Of a stretch of DNA of 64,000 nt, positions 59,553-64,000 are shown one piece after another. The notes under the pieces were generated by a model that saw only the letters and a program-made list of their open reading frames with translations, was not told where the DNA came from and made no database searches. This stretch comes from Elainellaceae cyanobacterium. GTDB taxonomy: Bacteria > Cyanobacteriota > Cyanobacteriia > CAZCXK01. Within the stretch, counting starts at the first letter, position 1; each line of letters opens with the position of its first letter. A program made the translations under genes and the position numbers. The stretch lies in assembly GCA_051117335.1 (NCBI GenBank), contig JBNPEB010000009.1, positions 138,058 through 202,057 on the forward strand. The letters run 5' to 3'.

Positions 59553-59665
59553 GGATCGCTATATAGCAATGTGCGCGTCAAGTACAGAAACGGTGGTGTG
59601 GGGCGTGCCGCGCCACACACACCACCGTACTTAACGCAAGCGCATACCGCTATATAGCGAATTCA
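59553..59665. repeat. Imperfect ~110-bp palindromic element, copy C
   Basis: Termini cgctatatagc (both ends, inverted); core acggtggtgtggggcgtgccgcgccacacacaccaccgt; the two halves align as an inverted repeat. Confidence 0.5.
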
Positions 59666-59849
59666 AATCATCGGGTGCCTGGAATAGTACGTTCGCTGAG
59701 TTTCTATAGTTCACCTAAAGTTAGCCCCTGTTTTGAATATGTCTCCCTAAGATAGAAAGAGTTAGCAAGTTTACGATGTGTTGCTACAAAGCACCCAAAA
59801 GCTTTGCAGCAGCTACAGGAGTATATCCTCAGCAGGAGGGAAGGGACAT

Positions 59850-60926
59850 ATGGCTGATGTTGAACAGCTAGGTTTAAGTCACGAGTATTTATTAGATCGT
59901 GATTGCACCACACTATCCCGCCACGTGCTTCAACAGCTTCAGAGTTTTTCTCCAGAAGCTCAAGATTTGAGCGCCCTAATGAATCGAATTGCATTGGCAG
60001 CCAAGCTAATTGCTCGTCGTCTAAGTAGAGCAGGGCTTGTCGAAAATGCGCTTGGATTTACAGGCAACACTAATGTACAAGGCGAATCCGTCAAAAAGAT
60101 GGATGTGTATGCCAATCAAGTCTTTATCTCGGTATTTGAGCAGAGCGGATTAGTTTGCCGCCTCGCTTCGGAGGAGATGGAGAAGCCATATTACATTCCA
60201 GAAAATTGTCCGGTCGGGCGATATACTCTGCTTTATGATCCGATTGATGGGTCGTCTAATGTTGACATTAATCTGAACGTCGGCTCAATTTTTGCAATCC
60301 GCAGACAAGAAGGAGACGACGTGGACGGGGATGCAAAGGACCTTCTTCAAAGCGGCCAGACACAAATTGCAGCAGGATACGTTCTCTATGGTCCGAGCAC
60401 AATGCTCGTGTATTCCATTGGAAAAGGCGTTCACGCATTTAACTTAGACCCCAGTTTAGGCGAATTCATTCTCTCTCATGAAAATATTCAAATTCCAGAG
60501 CATGGCCCCATCTACAGCGTCAATGAGGGAAATTTCTGGCAGTGGGATGAGTCCATTCGCGACTATACTCGCTACGTTCATCGGCATGAAGGATATTCTG
60601 CTCGCTACAGTGGCGCATTAGTGGGTGATTTCCACCGCACGCTGTTTCAAGGCGGCGTCTTTATCTATCCCGGTACGGTTAAGAAACCAGAAGGAAAACT
60701 GCGATTGCTCTATGAATCTGCTCCCTTAGCCTATCTTGTCGAACAGGCAGGGGGGCGAGCGAGCACAGGCACGCAAGATATTATGGAGGTGATCCCGGAT
60801 CAGCTCCACCATCGCACGCCCCTGGTTATTGGTAGTAGAGAGGACGTTGCCCTAGTTGAATCGTTTGTTCAAGAGCGTGCTCGTCAGAATCAAGAAAAAT
60901 CTGGACTTCCTCTCTCATCCAGTTAA
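59850..60926 (+). CDS. fbp: Class 1 fructose-1,6-bisphosphatase
   Basis: ATG 59850 with AGGAGGGAAGGG RBS; [23 protein letters not shown] and GKLRLLYE motifs. Confidence 0.9.
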   Translation: MADVEQLGLSHEYLLDRDCTTLSRHVLQQLQSFSPEAQDLSALMNRIALAAKLIARRLSRAGLVENALGFTGNTNVQGESVKKMDVYANQVFISVFEQSGLVCRLASEEMEKPYYIPENCPVGRYTLLYDPIDGSSNVDINLNVGSIFAIRRQEGDDVDGDAKDLLQSGQTQIAAGYVLYGPSTMLVYSIGKGVHAFNLDPSLGEFILSHENIQIPEHGPIYSVNEGNFWQWDESIRDYTRYVHRHEGYSARYSGALVGDFHRTLFQGGVFIYPGTVKKPEGKLRLLYESAPLAYLVEQAGGRASTGTQDIMEVIPDQLHHRTPLVIGSREDVALVESFVQERARQNQEKSGLPLSSS

Positions 60927-61030
60927 GCCAGACAATTAAGCCAGAAAACATGTGTCAGATTGATTTAGATCTGATGATGCGGTTCTTAATCCGCTGAACC
61001 TTTGTTCTTTTAACTTTATTTTCAGCGCCC

Positions 61031-62560
61031 ATGGTGACTCTTCTTGAAAACCCTCTTCGAGTTGGACTCCAACAAGATCGCATTCCGGAGCCCCAAATTC
61101 TAGTAATCTTCGGGGCATCTGGTGATCTGACTCAACGAAAACTAGTCCCGGCCTTATATCAAATGCGCCGTGAGCGTCGTCTTCCTCCAGAATTGACAAT
61201 CGTTGGCGTGTCTCGCCGAGATTGGAGCCATGACTATTTTCGTGAACATATGCGAGAAGGCGTCGAAGAGTTTGGGGGTGGGCTCGGGTCTGAGGAGCTC
61301 TGGAAAGATTTTGCTAAGGGCTTATTTTACTGTTCTGGGGATATTGATAAGTCCGAAAGCTATCAGAAGCTCAAGTCATTTTTAAGCGAGTTAGACGATC
61401 AGCGAGGAACTCGCGGCAATCGCGTTTTTTATCTGTCAGTTGCGCCTCGGTTTTTTGCAGAAGCATCTCAGCAACTCGGTGATGCAGGGATGCTGACCGA
61501 CTCTAGTAAGCAGCGGCTTGTCATCGAAAAGCCGTTTGGGCGTGATCTAAGCTCTGCTCAGATTCTCAATCAAGTGGTTCAGCGCGTCTGCCCAGAAGAG
61601 CAGGTTTATCGTATCGACCACTATTTGGGCAAGGAGACCGTTCAAAATCTTCTGGTCTTTCGCTTTGCAAACGCAATTTTTGAACCACTCTGGAATCGAC
61701 AATTTGTCGATCATGTCCAGATCACCGTTGCCGAGACAGTCGGACTAGAAGGAAGAGCCGGGTATTATGAAACGGCTGGTGCACTGCGGGATATGGTGCA
61801 AAATCATTTAATGCAGCTATTTTGCTTGGTTGCGATGGAGCCCCCCAACTCGTTGGGGGCAGACAGTATCCGCAATGAGAAGGTCAAAGTTCTTCAGGCA
61901 ACTCACCTGGCTGATTTGGAAGACCTCCGCTTATCCGCAGTTCGAGGTCAATATACCCAAGGCTGGATGCGAGGAAAATCAGTTCCAGCCTATCGAGAGG
62001 AAAAAGGCGCTGAGGATGGATCGACAACTCCAACCTATGCAGCATTGAAACTGTTTATCGATAATTGGCGATGGAAAGGTGTTCCTTTTTATCTCAGAAC
62101 GGGTAAGCGGATGCCCAAGAAAGTCACAGAAATTTCAATTCACTTCCACGAAGTGCCTTATATTATGTTCCAATCTGCCGCAAAGCAGGTTAACCAAAAT
62201 GTGCTTGCAATGCGGATTCAGCCAGATGAAGGTATTTCCTTGCGCTTTGAAGTCAAGACACCTGGCAATTCGCTGCGAACCCGTTCAGTTGACATGGATT
62301 TTCGATACGATACAGCCTTTGGTCAAGCGAATACCGATGCATACAGTCGATTACTCGTAGATTGTATGCTAGGCGATCAAACTCTCTTTACTCGCGGAGA
62401 TGAGGTTGAAGAGTCATGGCGGCTTCTGACGCCTATCCTGCAAGTGTGGGATGCTCCAGCACCTCCAGAGTCTATTCCGCTTTATGAGGCGGGAACGTGG
62501 GGACCTGTTGAGTCCGAACTGTTATTGAACCGTGACGATCGCCGCTGGCGTAGATTGTAA
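61031..62560 (+). CDS. zwf: Glucose-6-phosphate 1-dehydrogenase
   Basis: NADP site [14 protein letters not shown]; active site RIDHYLGKE. Confidence 0.95.
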   Translation: MVTLLENPLRVGLQQDRIPEPQILVIFGASGDLTQRKLVPALYQMRRERRLPPELTIVGVSRRDWSHDYFREHMREGVEEFGGGLGSEELWKDFAKGLFYCSGDIDKSESYQKLKSFLSELDDQRGTRGNRVFYLSVAPRFFAEASQQLGDAGMLTDSSKQRLVIEKPFGRDLSSAQILNQVVQRVCPEEQVYRIDHYLGKETVQNLLVFRFANAIFEPLWNRQFVDHVQITVAETVGLEGRAGYYETAGALRDMVQNHLMQLFCLVAMEPPNSLGADSIRNEKVKVLQATHLADLEDLRLSAVRGQYTQGWMRGKSVPAYREEKGAEDGSTTPTYAALKLFIDNWRWKGVPFYLRTGKRMPKKVTEISIHFHEVPYIMFQSAAKQVNQNVLAMRIQPDEGISLRFEVKTPGNSLRTRSVDMDFRYDTAFGQANTDAYSRLLVDCMLGDQTLFTRGDEVEESWRLLTPILQVWDAPAPPESIPLYEAGTWGPVESELLLNRDDRRWRRL

Positions 62561-62684
62561 GAACTTGGGAGTAGAGTTAGGGTGTAGAGGTATCCAACTC
62601 TTTCATATTCCAACTCTGTTCTATTGAGTCCCGCGATCGATTTGCTTGAGTCTCTGTTAACGATGATTGACGATCGACTAACCT

Positions 62685-64000
62685 ATGACCACTCCACTTG
62701 TTACCCTCCAAAAACCCAAAGACATCTCACTCGATGAGATTGAAGCCGAACTGAGTAATATCTGGCATACCCAGAATGGCGGCAAGGCTGCACCAGCTGC
62801 AACCCGCGCGGCAACATTTAGCATGGTTGTCTATGAGCCCGAGGAATTTCAACAGCTTTTGGCAACTCTCGGATTTTATGACGGACCGATTGACGGAGTG
62901 CATGGCCCTAAAACAAAGGCAGCAGTACGAGAAGCGCAGACTGCTTATGGGCTGCGGGTAACAGGCCGAGTTGACTCACAGACCCTGGCGATGTTGCGAG
63001 AAGAGGTCAGTAAGCAACCGATCGATCGGATTGAGGTTTCGAATGCGGATGGGCGCGGATTTAGCATCAGTGATGCGATCGCCGCTCAAAACCCTTGCCG
63101 AATTATTACACTCTGTCCGGTTCTCGGAGAGGATACGGGTGTAACGGCTCAAGTGTCGGCATATTGCCCTATCCAAACTACTAGCGGCAGTAATCTCATC
63201 TGCTGCGAATACATTACGTTGCGGGGAACCAAAGAGGCATTAGAGCGGGTGAGCGACCTCGTTGAGTCGCTGATGATCCCGGATCTGCCTAGATTTGTGT
63301 GGTGGAAAGCGACTCCTAATCCTGAGCAAGAGTTGTTTAAGCGGCTCTCCAAGTCGTGTAATTGCATCATTGTTGACTCTAGCTTTTTTAGCGATGCAGA
63401 GTCTGAACTAGTGAAAATTCAAAATTTGCTCGATTCGGGAACGTTTGTAGCTGACTTAAACTGGCATCGCCTCTCATCGTGGCAAGAGTTAACCGCTGCA
63501 GCATTTGATCCACCAGAACGACGAGCTGCGTTGGTTGAAGTTGACCAGATCTCGATCGACTATGAGAAAGGCAATTCTGCGCAGGCATTGCTGTTCCTCG
63601 GCTGGATTGCGAGTCGCTTAGGGTGGAAGCCCATTGGCTACAGAATGACAGGCGGTGACTATGATCTGAAGTACGTAACGTTTGAAGGGCCAGGTCAGCA
63701 TAAAGTTGAAGCTGAGCTGGCAGCGATTCCGACTGCCGATTGGGGAGAAATCTTGGGCGATCTGGTTGGCTTACGGCTCTCGTCTACCAATCTCGACGCA
63801 AATTGCTGCACCATTTTATGTTCTGAAACAACGGGCTGTATGCGCATGGAAGCCGGTGGAACTGCCCAAGCCTGTAGAACGGAGCAGGTTACAGCTCTCT
63901 CTGACCAGCGAGCCGAAGCATTAATGAGTCAACAGCTTCAACGTTGGGGGCGGGAAACGCTATACGAGGAAAGTCTCGCCGTTACAGCGCAGATTCTTGA
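62685..64000 (+). CDS. opcA: OxPP cycle protein OpcA (G6PDH assembly factor), 3'-partial at window edge, with an inserted peptidoglycan-binding-like segment
   Basis: My own translation from ATG 62685: MTTPLVTLQKPKDISLDEIEAELSNIWH..TRAATFSMVVYEPEE; insertion LGFYDGPIDGVHGPKTKAAVREAQTAYGLRVTGRVDSQTL; open to the end of the window, so absent from the ORF track. Confidence 0.85.
   Translation, partial: MTTPLVTLQKPKDISLDEIEAELSNIWHTQNGGKAAPAATRAATFSMVVYEPEEFQQLLATLGFYDGPIDGVHGPKTKAAVREAQTAYGLRVTGRVDSQTLAMLREEVSKQPIDRIEVSNADGRGFSISDAIAAQNPCRIITLCPVLGEDTGVTAQVSAYCPIQTTSGSNLICCEYITLRGTKEALERVSDLVESLMIPDLPRFVWWKATPNPEQELFKRLSKSCNCIIVDSSFFSDAESELVKIQNLLDSGTFVADLNWHRLSSWQELTAAAFDPPERRAALVEVDQISIDYEKGNSAQALLFLGWIASRLGWKPIGYRMTGGDYDLKYVTFEGPGQHKVEAELAAIPTADWGEILGDLVGLRLSSTNLDANCCTILCSETTGCMRMEAGGTAQACRTEQVTALSDQRAEALMSQQLQRWGRETLYEESLAVTAQIL

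Overview
Cyanobacterial chromosomal segment: the HIP1 octamer GCGATCGC is scattered throughout, and fbp-zwf-opcA, mreBCD, mnmG, cbiA, ribE, ssb and birA are present. All calls are from reading the six-frame translations and the DNA by eye; no database search or folding was run. The first ~25 kb looks accessory: a SARP/NB-ARC/WD40 STAND protein; a small-ORF + secreted repeat peptide + ADYC-motif protein + NSS transporter module; two RTX-type Ca-binding proteins around a lipoprotein; two toxin-antitoxin-like pairs in AT-rich DNA; a decayed group II intron; a MerR-MerF-Cys-rich mini operon with a MerR-type promoter; and a block of small detox-type enzymes carrying duplication and truncation scars. 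The remaining ~39 kb is mostly housekeeping. A family of ~100-bp imperfect palindromic elements sits at three intergenic sites, and several tandem repeats (7-bp, 21-bp) are intergenic. No rRNA, tRNA or CRISPR array was detected. opcA runs off the 3' window edge and is absent from the ORF track. I could not single out one clearly novel system; the best candidates are the Mer-like operon, the 12.9-15.9 kb toxin-antitoxin island, the ADYC module and the palindromic element family.
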